DNA from: Eledone cirrhosa
Taxonomy: Eukaryota
NCBI GenBank assembly: GCA_964016885.1
Contig: OZ024763.1
Location: 7,068,001-7,132,000 of the forward strand
DNA: 64,000 nt
Reading direction: 5' to 3'
Shown: piece by piece, positions 1-11,716 of the stretch
Layout of the letters: every line of letters starts with the position of its first letter
Position numbering within the stretch: position 1 is the stretch's first letter
Translations under genes and position numbers: made by a program
The notes under the pieces: model-generated
The model's database searches: none
What the model saw: the letters and a program-made list of their open reading frames with translations, nothing else
Told to the model about the DNA's origin: nothing

Positions 1-33
1 CAAACCCGTACACACATATATATATATATAGAC

Positions 34-222
34 ATCATCATCGTTTTAATGTCTATCTTCCACGCTAGCATGGGTTGGACGGGTTTGTCCCACTTGAGGC
101 AAGATTGGTCGGGTGACCGTGTCTCGCTCATATAGGACTATCTGGCAGGTTTTCTACGGCTGGATGCCCTTCCTAACACCAACCACTTTACAGTGTGGAC
201 TGGGTGCTTTTTATCGTGACAC
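34..222 (-). mobile_element. SINE tail fragment (family 2)
   Basis: Reverse complement of 18950-19145 (aaagcacccag...ttaggaagggcatccagc...gatgatgat). Confidence 0.7.
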
Positions 223-403
223 CTACACGGCCACTATATCTACATAGGTAGGAGTTTTAACAACATGACTGGGGGGCCCCTATCATTAAAACATCCAAGA
301 AACGTTCTGTATGATACAATCTCATAGAAAAGTTAAACCTACATAGGTTAGAGGTGCAGCAATAACATGACAAAAGTGGGACTCCCTATCATTAAAACAC
401 TCC

Positions 404-1214
404 AATGAGCTACAACCTTGTTGGTGACCAGCTAAACCTACAGGTGTGTCAGCTGTAACAACAACATGACAAAACTGGGGCTCCCTATCATTAAAACACC
501 TGACAAACCTTTAATGAGCTACAACCTTGTAGGTGACCAGCTAAACCTACAGGTGTGTCAGCTGTAACAACAACATGACAAAACTGGGGCTCCCTATCAT
601 TAAAACACCTGACAAACCTTTAATGAGCTACAACCTTGTAGGTGACCAGCTAAACCTACAGGTGTGTCAGCTGTAACATGACAAAACTGGGGCTCCCTAT
701 CATTAAAACACCTGACAAACCTCCTTTAATGAGCTACAACCTTGTAGGTGACCAGCTAAACCTACAGGTGTGTCAGCTGTAACATGACAAAACTGGGGCT
801 CCCTATCATTAAAACACCTGACAAACCTCCTTTAATGAGCTACAACCTTGTAGGTGACCAGCTAAACCTACAGGTGTGTCAGCTGTAACATGACAAAACT
901 GGGGCTCCCTATCATTAAAACACCTGACAAACCTCCTTTAATGAGCTACAACCTTGTAGGTGACCAGCTAAACCTACAGGTGTGTCAGCTGTAACATGAC
1001 AAAACTGGGGCTCCCTATCATTAAAACACCTGACAAACCTCCTTTAATGAGCTACAACCTTGTAGGTGACCAGCTAAACCTACAGGTGTGTCAGCTGTAA
1101 CAACAACATGACAAAACTGGGGCTCCCTATCATTAAAACACCTGACAAACCTCCTTTAATGAGCTACAACCTTGTTGGTGACCAGCTAAACCTACAGGTG
1201 TGTCAGCTGTAACA
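404..1214. repeat. Tandem repeat, 106-112 bp unit, ~7.5 copies
   Basis: gagctacaacc recurs at 407, 516, 625, 731, 837, 943, 1049, 1161. Confidence 0.95.
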
Positions 1215-2128
1215 TCACAGGATGATATACATTCTTATGAGGACATCTAAAGAGTTGGAAGTTGTACATTTCATCTCATTTCATTTAACAGAGAGAGAGA
1301 GAGAGAGAGTAAGAGAGAGAGAAAGAGAGAGAGAGTGAGTGAGTGAGACAGTGAGAGAGAGAGAGGGAGATAGTGAGTGAGACAGTGAGAGAGGGAGATA
1401 GTGAGAGAAACAGTGAGAGAGAGAGGGAGACAGTGAGAGAGAGAGCCCTAGGCACAGATGGTAACATACATGTCTAGTGTTGCTATTTTTATATCTTCAC
1501 AATCCTGGTGATGGTGGAAATAGCTGTGGTGATGGTGTTGATGATGATGATGTGTGGTGCTGGTGGTGATGATGATGATGATGATGCCTGTGGTGATGGT
1601 GTTGATGATGATGATGCCTGTGTGGTGGTGGTGATGATGATGATGGCTGAGTGGTGGTGATGGTGTTGATGATGATGGCTGAGTGGTGGTGGTGATGATG
1701 ATGCCTGTGTTGTGGTGTTGATGATGATGGCTGAGTGATGATGGTGGTGATGATGGCTGAGTGATGATGGTGATGATGATGCCTGTGTGGTGGTGATGAT
1801 GATGATGATGGCTGAGTGGTGGTGGTGGTGATGGCTGAGTGGTGGTGGTGATGATGATGATGCCTGTGTGGTGATGGTGATGATGATGGTGGCTGAGTGG
1901 TGATGGTGGTGATGATGATGGTTGTTTACAGAGAGATTTTCTCAGGATTTCCTCCCACATCCTGTTTCATTTTTTTATACTAAAACATCCACTCAAATAA
2001 ATAAACCTACATTTTAATGTTGACATCTTAGTTGGTCTTTAACCCTTTCACTGCTCTCTCCCCCCCCCGACAAACCCAGCTCTGGTCCTGTGAAACAAAG
2101 CCGCCCATTTTAATAGATTCCTATTTAG

Positions 2129-2447
2129 CCCTTTAGCATTTAAACCGGCCATATCTGGCCAGAATTCTCTCAACTCTTTCTGTTCAAACCAGCTGTAACT
2201 GGCCACTCATACCAATGTTAAGGTATTGTTCTCAAAATAAATAACATCAAACTCTCGTAGATATCAGTCTGAGTTCAAATCCCGCCGAGGTTAACTTTGC
2301 CTTTCATTCTTACGGGGTCGATAAAATAAAGTACCAGTAATGCACTGGGGTAATTGCTGGCCTTGTGCCTAAAGTAGAAACAATTATGTGAGGTGATTAT
2401 GAAAATACAATACTAAATATAGAGTAATGTAAATGCTAAAGAGTTAA
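2129..2447. mobile_element. piggyBac-type MITE (family A) with nested SINE at ~2263-2386
   Basis: ccctttagcattt...aaatgctaaagag-TTAA termini. Confidence 0.7.
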
Positions 2448-2459
2448 ATTAAAATCTTC

Positions 2460-2815
2460 CAACAACCATGAGCACCTTTTTGAATTCCATATTTCTAACA
2501 CCCATGGACATGCTTACAAAATCAGAAAACAGTACAGCTCCTATGACTCTAGGAAACATTTTTTCACATTCACAGTTGCTGAAGCATGGAACAAACTACC
2601 TGCATCAGTTGTTAGCTGTTGGAACACTGCATTCTTCAAAACCTCCATACTTCCCGAAATTTGCCAACACTACACCTGATATTCCCTCTCTATACACATG
2701 CATGCATGTATGGTGTGTGTATATCATGACTCATACACAGTTCACTTTCCTGTACATATTTCTATGTACTAGAGGCTTCGAAGAGGTCTCTGAAGCATGA
2801 ATAAGATAAAATACC
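2460..2815 (+). mobile_element. CR1/L2-type LINE 3' fragment
   Basis: Reads THGHAYKIRKQ...RKHFFTFTVAEAWNKLPASVV...FFKT, typical of the CR1 ORF2 C-terminus. Confidence 0.75.
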
Positions 2816-2994
2816 ACTAGAAGTCTTGCATGCTGTTGTTGAAGCAGTACTTGGTAGACTTAAGGCTGTAATAAAGAAACGAGGTGGATTTATTGAATAA
2901 TTTTTTCTGTAACATTGCTAAAAATATAAAAAACTAGTGTGCAAGTTTTTCAAGTAAATTGGTTCAGATTTGATGGAAATAAATTCACTTTTGA

Positions 2995-3345
2995 ACAGAA
3001 TTTGGTGGCACTTACACTCGCCTGCTTCAGCACATTCAGAGCATAAGCTGGCGACATGTGACTTTGAGAGAGATATATGCCGGCCTCCCACACATATCTG
3101 TCATATGTAAGAGGAGAGTAAGATTTGCTGGCCACTGCCATCGTGCCACCTACGAGGCTGTGTCCCCATTAGAGCTTTGGAAACCACAAACAGTCACTAA
3201 TAACAGGGGGCACAAGCTCTCATACCCCGATGTCATCTCCAGAGATTCTGGTTTTGAAATCTAGGACTTGGCAATGGCAATGAACAACAGACCCACTTGG
3301 AGATCAGTTGTTGAGTCCATTTTGGCTGAGGTCGCCTGTTGATGA
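2995..3345 (+). mobile_element. RTE/RTEX-type LINE ORF2 C-terminal fragment, decayed
   Basis: GTYTRLLQHIQSISWRHVTLREIYAGLPHIS..RRVRFAGHCHR..LWKP..LSYPDVI; contains an in-frame stop. Confidence 0.75.
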
Positions 3346-3659
3346 TATGCACTTTTGATGAGTTGTAGTGCACCTAAGCACTGTACACACACATTTTCAT
3401 TATCATTATTATAGTTCTATATAAGAACCATAATGAAATAAGCTTGTATTCTGAGTTCACATCCCATGGCAGTCAATGTTTCCTTTCATCCTTCTGGGGT
3501 TGATAAAATAAAGAAGCCAGTTATATACTGGGGTTGATATATTGCCTTCCGTTCTCCTCATATTGCTGGCTTTGATCTTAAATTAATCACACTATAGTAA
3601 CTAACAATAGGTTTCTAACAAATGATGTTTGGTTTCATTTCATATTGTATGGGGAGATG

Positions 3660-4135
3660 TAAACCTTCCGTTACCATATTTTCAAATAATTTTGAAAATA
3701 CTAAAGAATTTGCAGTGATTTAGTATAACTTTCTCATTAAGATAACTTTCTCATTAAGATAACTTTCTCATTAAGATAACTTTCTCATTAAGATAACTTT
3801 CTCATTAAGATAACTTTCTCATTAAGGTAACTTTCTCATTAAGGTAACTTTCTCATTAAGATGGTGTTTGGAACATAACAAAGATTCTTGCATAAAATTC
3901 TGATGGAATGTTTACAGGTATAAATATAATACTTTCATTACCATATTTCTAATGAAAGAAGCTGCCTATGATTTTAAAATAATTTTGAAAATTATAGTTT
4001 GAATGATTTAGTAATATAACTAACTCTCTCATTATTAAGTTGTTTGGAACATAACTTAACAATTATGAAGGAAGGTTTATCTATGTATCATACAATCAAG
4101 GGTGGTTTCAGGCATTTTGGTATCAAAAGGGTTAA
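3660..4135. mobile_element. TTAA-type MITE family B with internal 17-bp tandem array (3725-3862)
   Basis: Ends ggtatcaaaaggg-TTAA; internal ggtgtttggaacataac module recurs across the window. Confidence 0.6.
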
Positions 4136-4197
4136 ATAATGGTAATGGTAATGGTTTATGTTAAAGTTTTAATATATTTGTTCTTCTTCTTTTCCAG

Positions 4198-4284
4198 GGG
4201 AGTCTGGCTTAGGAAAATCCACTCTGGTTAATAGCTTGTTCCTTGCTGATCTTTATCCCGAAAGACACATTCCATCTGCATCTG
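4198..4284 (+). CDS. SEPT2: Septin exon A (P-loop): [29 protein letters not shown]
   Basis: ttcttttccAG acceptor, GTaaga donor, 87 nt, phase 1/1. Confidence 0.95.
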
Positions 4285-7200
4285 GTAAGATATATCTTTG
4301 TTTAACCCTTTTTCCCACTACCCCTAGCTATCTTTATCTCCTTTGTTAACCCTTTTCCCCACTAGCCCTAGATATCTTTACCTCCCTTATTAGCCTTTTT
4401 CCCACTAGCCCTAGCTAACTTTACCTCCTTTGTTAACCCTTTTCCCTCCTAGCCCTAGATATCTTTACCTCCTTTGTTAACCCTTTTTCCCCACTAGCTC
4501 TAGCTAACTTTACCTCCTTTGTTTAACCCTTTTTCCACTAGCCCTAGATATCTTTACCTCCTTTGTTAACCCTTTCTCCCACTAGCCCTAGCTAACTTTA
4601 CCTCCTTTGTTAACCCTTTTCCCTCCTAGCCCTAGATATCTTTACCTCCTTTGTTTAACCCTTTTTCCACTAGCCCTAGCTAACTTTACCTCCTTTGTTT
4701 AACCCTTTTTCCACTAGCCCTAGATATCTTTACCTCCTTTGTTAACCCTTTTTTCCACTAGCCCTAGCTAACTTTACCTCCCTTATTAACCCTTTTTTCC
4801 ACTAGCCCTAGCTAACTTTACCTCCTTTGTTAACACTTTTTCCCCCTAGCCCTAGCTATATTTACCAATATTAACCTTTTTCCTTTTAGCCCTAGCTGTA
4901 TTTACCTATATTAACCCTTTCCCCCACTAGCCCTAGATATCTTTACCTCCTTTGTTAACCCTTTTCCTCTCCAGCCCTAGATATACTTACCCTTAACCCC
5001 TTTTCTTCTAGCCTTAGCTATCTTTACCTTTAGCCCTTTTCCTGTTAACTCCAGCTATCTCTCCCTATATAAACCCAGTTTCTGTTAACCCTGCTATCTC
5101 TCCCTATATAAACCCAGTTCCTGTTAACCCTGCTATCTCTACCTTTCAGCCCTCTTAGAAAAATATATTTTTTTAAATTAATTAAAAATACTGTCAGCCA
5201 GTTAAGTGTGTGTGTGTGTGTGAATGTACTTGTATAAATGTGTGAATGTGTTTGTGTGAATGTGTATTTGCGTGTTTGTGTGAATGTATTAGTTTGTGTG
5301 AATGTGTTTGCGTGTTTGTGTGTGTGTATTTGAGTGTGTGTGTGTGTATGAAAGTACTTGCATGGGAAGGGTAGAAAAAAGGGACTGCCTGTCAATGATA
5401 GGTGCCAACTTTCTAGACAATATCTCTCCACCCCACACTGTTTCCTTCCTCACTGCAGCTTTGATGTGCTATGTTGTGGTGGAAATGGTGGTGGGGCTGG
5501 TAGTAGTAGTGGTGGTGGTGGTAGTTGGGGTAATGGTGGTGGGGTAGTAGTGGTAATAATGGTAGGGGTAGTGGTGGATGTTTAGTCCCGCCCCCCTCCC
5601 ACCCAACTTCCTTTAATGTATTTTCAGGAATAGTGGCTGGAACTGGAGGTCTGTGGGGTGGGGGTCTACATCTCTACCCCACCCATACCTCTAGATAGTT
5701 CTTCATTGTAATCACAAGTTACATTCTCCCCCCCCCCCCCGCCATTGTTTTACACTGTATCACCCTCCTCATTTCCTCCCCACCACTGTTTTACACCACC
5801 TACCCCCCTCTCCCTACCACCAGTTTTATACTGCCTAGCTCCCCCTCCTCTCCTTACCACCACTGTTTTACATCCTACCTCCCCCTCATCCCCTCCCCAC
5901 CACTGTACCGCCCACCTTTCCTTGCTAGCATGGTTTTGACAAGTACGCCTTCCCCAGCTCCTCTCTGTAAGGTTCATCCAACAAATTCACCGTCCTTTAG
6001 TTCTCATCCCACATTGTCAGATGACCATGTCAGCCTACTGTCCTACTGTTGTTCTGCTCTCCACACTCAATCTGTTGATACAAACTTGTATATAATTGTT
6101 GTTGTTATAGTTGTAGTATATTTCTAAGTAATTTCCTTGTGTTTTCGATGGCGGAGAAAAATTGGATCCAAAATAGCAAATTGTTGTTGTTGTAACTTTC
6201 CAAGTAATTTCCTTGTTTGTAATTGAACAGGAAGTTGGTCCAAAATTGTATATTCTTGTTCTACTTATTCCTGGGTGGTCACGGGAGCAGTCCGCAAACA
6301 CTTCTTCCAGCAGGTCCTGTCAGAAGCAATCGCCTCCTATTGATCCTGTTGGGTCCCCAAGCGAGACCAGCCGAGCTCATGGATCTTATCCAACCATCTT
6401 GCTCTGGGTCTACCCCTGGGTCTCTCGCCGGTTGGTTTTGCCTGTAATAAAATCTTGTCCAACAATTCTTTCCTGAGACATTTTAACCAGATGTCAGTAA
6501 TATCAGAGATGTGATCTCTCAAATCTGTCCAGTGATTCTTTCCGGAGACATTCTAACCACATGTCCATAGTATCGGAGCTGTGATCTCTCAATTCGCAGA
6601 AATAGCAGCTCAACTTGGAGTCACTCTCTGATCTCTGAGCTACAAATCTGTCCAGTGATTCTTTCCGGAGATATTCTAACCACATGTCCATAGTATCGGA
6701 GCTGTGATCTCTCAATTCGCAGAAATAGCAGCTCAACTTGGAGTCACTCTCTGATCTCCGAGCTACAAATCTGTCCAGTGATTCTTTCCGGAGATATTCT
6801 AACCACATGTCCATAGTATCGGAGCTGTGATCCCTCAATTCGCAGAAATAGCAGCTCAACTTGGAGTCACTCTCTGATCTCCGAGCTACAAATCTGTCCA
6901 GTGATTCTTTCCGGAGATATTCTAACCACATGTCCATAGTATCGGAGCTGTGATCTCTCAATTCGCAGAAATAGCAGCTCAACTTGGAGTCACTCTCTGA
7001 TCTCCGAGCTACAAATCTGTCCAGTGATTCTTTCCAGAGACATTCTAACCTCATGTCCATAATATAGGAGCTGTGATCTCTCAATTCACAGAAGTAGCAG
7101 CTCTACCTGGAGCAATTCTCTGATCTCTGGTAGATATTTCAAAGTAATTTTCTTGTGTTTGTTTGTGATGGCCAAGAAAAACCAATCCCAAATTACAAAC

Positions 7201-10200
7201 TATTGTTGTTGTGGATTTCTAAGAAAATTCTCTTGTTTGCGATTGTAGAGAAAAACTGACCCAAAGCTGTAAATTGTTGTTGTTGAAGTAGATTTCTAAA
7301 TGATTTTCCTGTGTTTGTTTGTGGTCTAAAGCTGAATATTTTTGTTGTAGTTATTGTTGTAGCAGATATTTCAAAGTAATTTTCTTTGTGATGGCAGAGA
7401 AAAATGGATTCAAAATTGTATAGTGTTTGTTCTAGTTATTCTCTTGTTTGTCTGTGATAGTAGAGAAAGTTGGTCTAAAGCTGTATATTGTTGTTCTAGT
7501 TGTTGAAGTAGATATTTCGAAATAGATATTTCAAAGTAATTTTCTCATGTTTGTGATTGTAAAGAAAAATGAATCCAATATTGCATATTGTTGTAATTTC
7601 CTTCTTGTGTGTTTGTGATAATAAAGAAACTTGATGCACTGTTATATTGTTGTTATAGTTGTTGAAGTAGGTGTCTAAATGATTTTCTTGTTTGTTTGTG
7701 ATGGCAGGGAAAAATGGATCCAAAATTGTAAACTAGTTTTCTAGTTATTGTTGTAACTTTCCAAGTAATTTTCTTATTTGTTTGTGATTGTAGAGAAAGT
7801 TGAACCAAATATTGTATATTGTTGTTCTAGTTATTGAAGCTGATTTCTAAGTAATTTCCTTGTGAGTTTGTGATGATAGAGAACCTATACATTGAACCTG
7901 ATCCACTTGTTATATTGTGATGGTAGAGAAACTTGATCCAGTGTTGTTGTTGTTGTTGAAGTAGATATTTTAACACTTTAACATTTATAATACTCTATAT
8001 ATATTATTGTATTTTTGTGGTACATACTTTATCTTGCATAATATCGAATCTACAAGATTTTGATATTTATCTTCAGGACAATACCTTAATGTCAGTATGA
8101 GCAGCCAGTTATGGCGGCCGGTTTAAATGCTAAAGGGTTAAAGTAATTTTTCTCTTGTTTGTTATTGTAGAGAAAGTAGCACAGACTGTGAAGATTGATG
8201 CCTCAACTGTGGAAATTGAAGAACGTGGAGTAAAACTGAGATTAACTGTTGTCGATACTCCTGGTTTTGGTGACTCCTTAAATTCTGAAGACTGGTAAAA
8301 AATACTTTACATCCCATTCTCTTACAAAAAAACCCCTCAATATTAAGTAATGTCTTTCCTTTTTCTCTTTCAAAAATCCCTCATTATTCTGAAGTCGAAA
8401 GGGTTAGTGTTTATATTTATCTAAAACCCTCCATCATTTTGTTAGAACCTTTAAGTTATGTTCCAAACACCAGCAATGAGAAAGTTAGTTATTTTCTCCT
8501 TTCTCTTACAAAAATCCCTCATTATTCTGAGGTCCCTCTGGCAGTATCGGTAGCGGGTCGGTCGCCATGCTTTCCAGCATAGTTATGTCCCTTTACGATC
8601 TGAGTTCAAATCCCGCCAAGGTTGACTTTGCCTTTCATCCTCACGGGGTCGATAAAATAAAGTACCAGTAATGCACTGGGTAATTGCTGGCCTTGTGCCT
8701 AAAGTAGAAACAATTATTCTGAGGTCCCTCCCCTTTCTCTTACAAAAATCCCTCATTATTCACTAATGCCTGTTCTTTTACAAAACCTCTTCATTATTCT
8801 GGTCCCTCCCCTTTCTCTTTCACCCCCCACTCATCTAATAATGTCCCCTTTCTCTTACAACCCCCTCATTCACTAATGTCCCTTTTTTTACCCCCCCCCC
8901 ATTCATTATTCAGTAATGTCCCCTTTTCCTATACTCAATGTACCCCCCCTCCCCGTGTTGTATTGACCCCTTTATGGCCAATACAAGAAACTATTATTCT
9001 CTTCATCTCAAGTCAAGGGACCCTGAAAAGGGTTGTGTGCATTGAAACCCTTTCATTACCATATTAACTCTTTCATGGTGATTGTCATGATGATGATAAT
9101 CACCATCACCACCACCATCTCCAACCATCACCACCACCACCTCCAACCATCACCGCCACCACCTCCAACCATCACCACCACCACCACCTCCAACCACCAC
9201 CACCAACCACCACCGCCACCACCACCTCCAACACCACCATCACCACCGCCATCATCACTGCCACCATCACTGCCACCATCACTGCCACCGCCACCACCAC
9301 CACCGCCACCACCACTGGGAAACTTCTGTCAAACCCCCACCACTTTCTCCCTCCTCCTCCTCCTCCTCTCACTCTATCTTCCTTTGGAATTCCTTCACAC
9401 TTCTGAAATGGCTGAGAGGAAGAAATCAATGGGGGAGAGGGGTGGGGTGATGGAGGGAGGACAGACAAGAGAAAGGGTGAGGGAGAGGGGGCAGGGGTGG
9501 AGGTAAGGCCTGGAGACAGAGACAAGAGAAAGGGAGAGAGGGCAGGGGTGGAGGTAAGGCCTGGAGACAGAGACAAGAGAAAGGGAGAGAGAGAGGGCAG
9601 GGGTGGATGTGTTAAAGATGTAGAGAAGAGGGGAGTGGAGGTAAGGCCTAGAGACAAAAGAGAGAGGATGTGAGAGAGAGAGGGAGAGGGAGGGGGGGGG
9701 GGGGGTCAAGTGATGGTGCTAAGTAGTTCTGTTGGCTAAGGTTATCTCGGAAGACCCCCACAGCTTTACAGAGGGGTGGGAGTGGCAGGGTTAACATGGT
9801 TGCTAAGGTTACCACCATCTTTACTCTAAACACACCAAATATCACAAATACCAAACTCTCCATCAAAAGATAAACAGGGATTCTCTCTCTCTCTCTCTTT
9901 TCTTTTTTCTTTCTTTTTCTTTTTCTTTTCTTTCTTTTCTTCTATCTTTCTATCTTATTTTTCCTTTTCTTCTTTTTCTTCAGTCTTTTTATTCTTATTC
10001 TTTGTTTTTGTCTTTTTTAAAGTTTATTTACCCCCCCCCCCCACATACAATTGTACTAAACTATTGAGTACTATAGTGGAGTAGTGTGTGTATCTCTATT
10101 TTAGTTTGTGTGTGTGTCCATGTAGGTAGGTTTAGTATGTGCGTGCATGTGTTTACATGCATGCATGCGCATATAGGTATTTTTTAGTGTGTGTGTGTGC

Positions 10201-11481
10201 ATGTTTTTTTGTATGTTTTTTAGTGTTTGTGTGTGTGCATATAGGTAATTTTTAGTGTTTGTGTATTTGTGTGTGTGTTATGTGTAGATAGGTGTGTGTG
10301 TGTGTGTGTGGTGTTTTGTTAGATAACAGATGAAGTATTTATCATACTGGTGGTGGTGATGGTGGGAGTGGTGGGGGTGGGGGTGGCAGTGATGGTGATG
10401 ATAGTGGTGGGGGTGGTGGGTGGCTGTGATGATGGTGATGGTGGTGGTGATGATAGTGGTGGGGGTGGTAGTGATGGTGGTGGTGGTGGTGGTGGGTGGC
10501 TGTGATGATGGTGGTGGGGGTGGTGGGTGGTTGTGATGATGATGGTGATGGTGGTGGTGGTGATGATAGTGGTGATGGTGATGATAGTGGTGGGGGGCTG
10601 TGATGATGATGATGGTAACATGTCTGATGAGGAAGATGAGGTGAATAAGAATGATGGTAGTGATGAGGATAATGGTTGTGGTGGTGATGACGTGGCTGGT
10701 GGGGAGGAGGAAAATGTTGTTGGTGTTGCGGTGATGGTGCTGATGATGATGATGATTGTGAAGAGGTGAATGGTGGTGATGAAGAGAAGGTATGGGTGGT
10801 GGTGGTGGTGGTGGTGATGGTGGTGGTGGTGGTGGTGGTGGTGATGAAGAGAAGGTATGTGGTGGTGGTGGTGGTGGTGATGAAGAGGTGGTGGTGGTGG
10901 TGATGGTGGTGGTGGTGGTGGTGGTGATGAAGAGAAGGTATGTGGTGGTGGTGGTGGTGGTGATGAAGAGGTGGTGGTGGTGGTGATGGTGGTGGTGGTG
11001 GTGGTGGTGATGAAGAGAAGGTATGTGGTGGTGGTGGTGGTGGTGATGAAGAGGTGGTGGTGGTGGTGGTGGTGGTGGTGGTGGTGGTGGTGATGAAGAG
11101 AAGGTATGTGGTGGTGGTGGTGGTGGTGGTGGTGGTGATGATGGTGATGATAAAAACAAGCCATCACTTGTATTCTGATATATGTGTGTGTGTATATATA
11201 TGTGTCTGTATGTATGCAGCTGTATATGGATATATATTATATATACATATGTATGTGTTCATATATGTGTGTGTATGTGTATATATGTGTGTATGTGTAT
11301 AGATATGTGTGTATATATGTGTGTGTGTGTATATGTGTGTATATATGTGTATATATATGTGTATATATATATATGTGTATGTGTGTATATATGTATATAT
11401 ATGTGTATATATATATGTGTGTGTGTGTATATATATATATATATGTGTATATATATATATATGTGTGTATATATATATATA

Positions 11482-11512
<31 letters not shown>

Positions 11513-11655
11513 GTGTGTATATATGTATATATATATACATATATATACCTCCAAGATAAGTTTGGTTTGAAATATTTTCTAGGTTGGTGTTTATATTTAC
11601 TTCACTTTATCTCAAAATAGTTAAACTGGGTGAACTTTAACAGTCAATAGCTGTT

Positions 11656-11716
<61 letters not shown>

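Noticed and set aside
404-1214. CRISPR-like regular repeats (also 39232-39945 and 46580-47950)
   Set aside because: Units are contiguous with no unique spacers, there are no cas genes, and the context is eukaryotic
1-4197. Septin N-terminal exons (polybasic RKSVKKGFEF region)
   Set aside because: Not found in any frame by eye; probably upstream of the window
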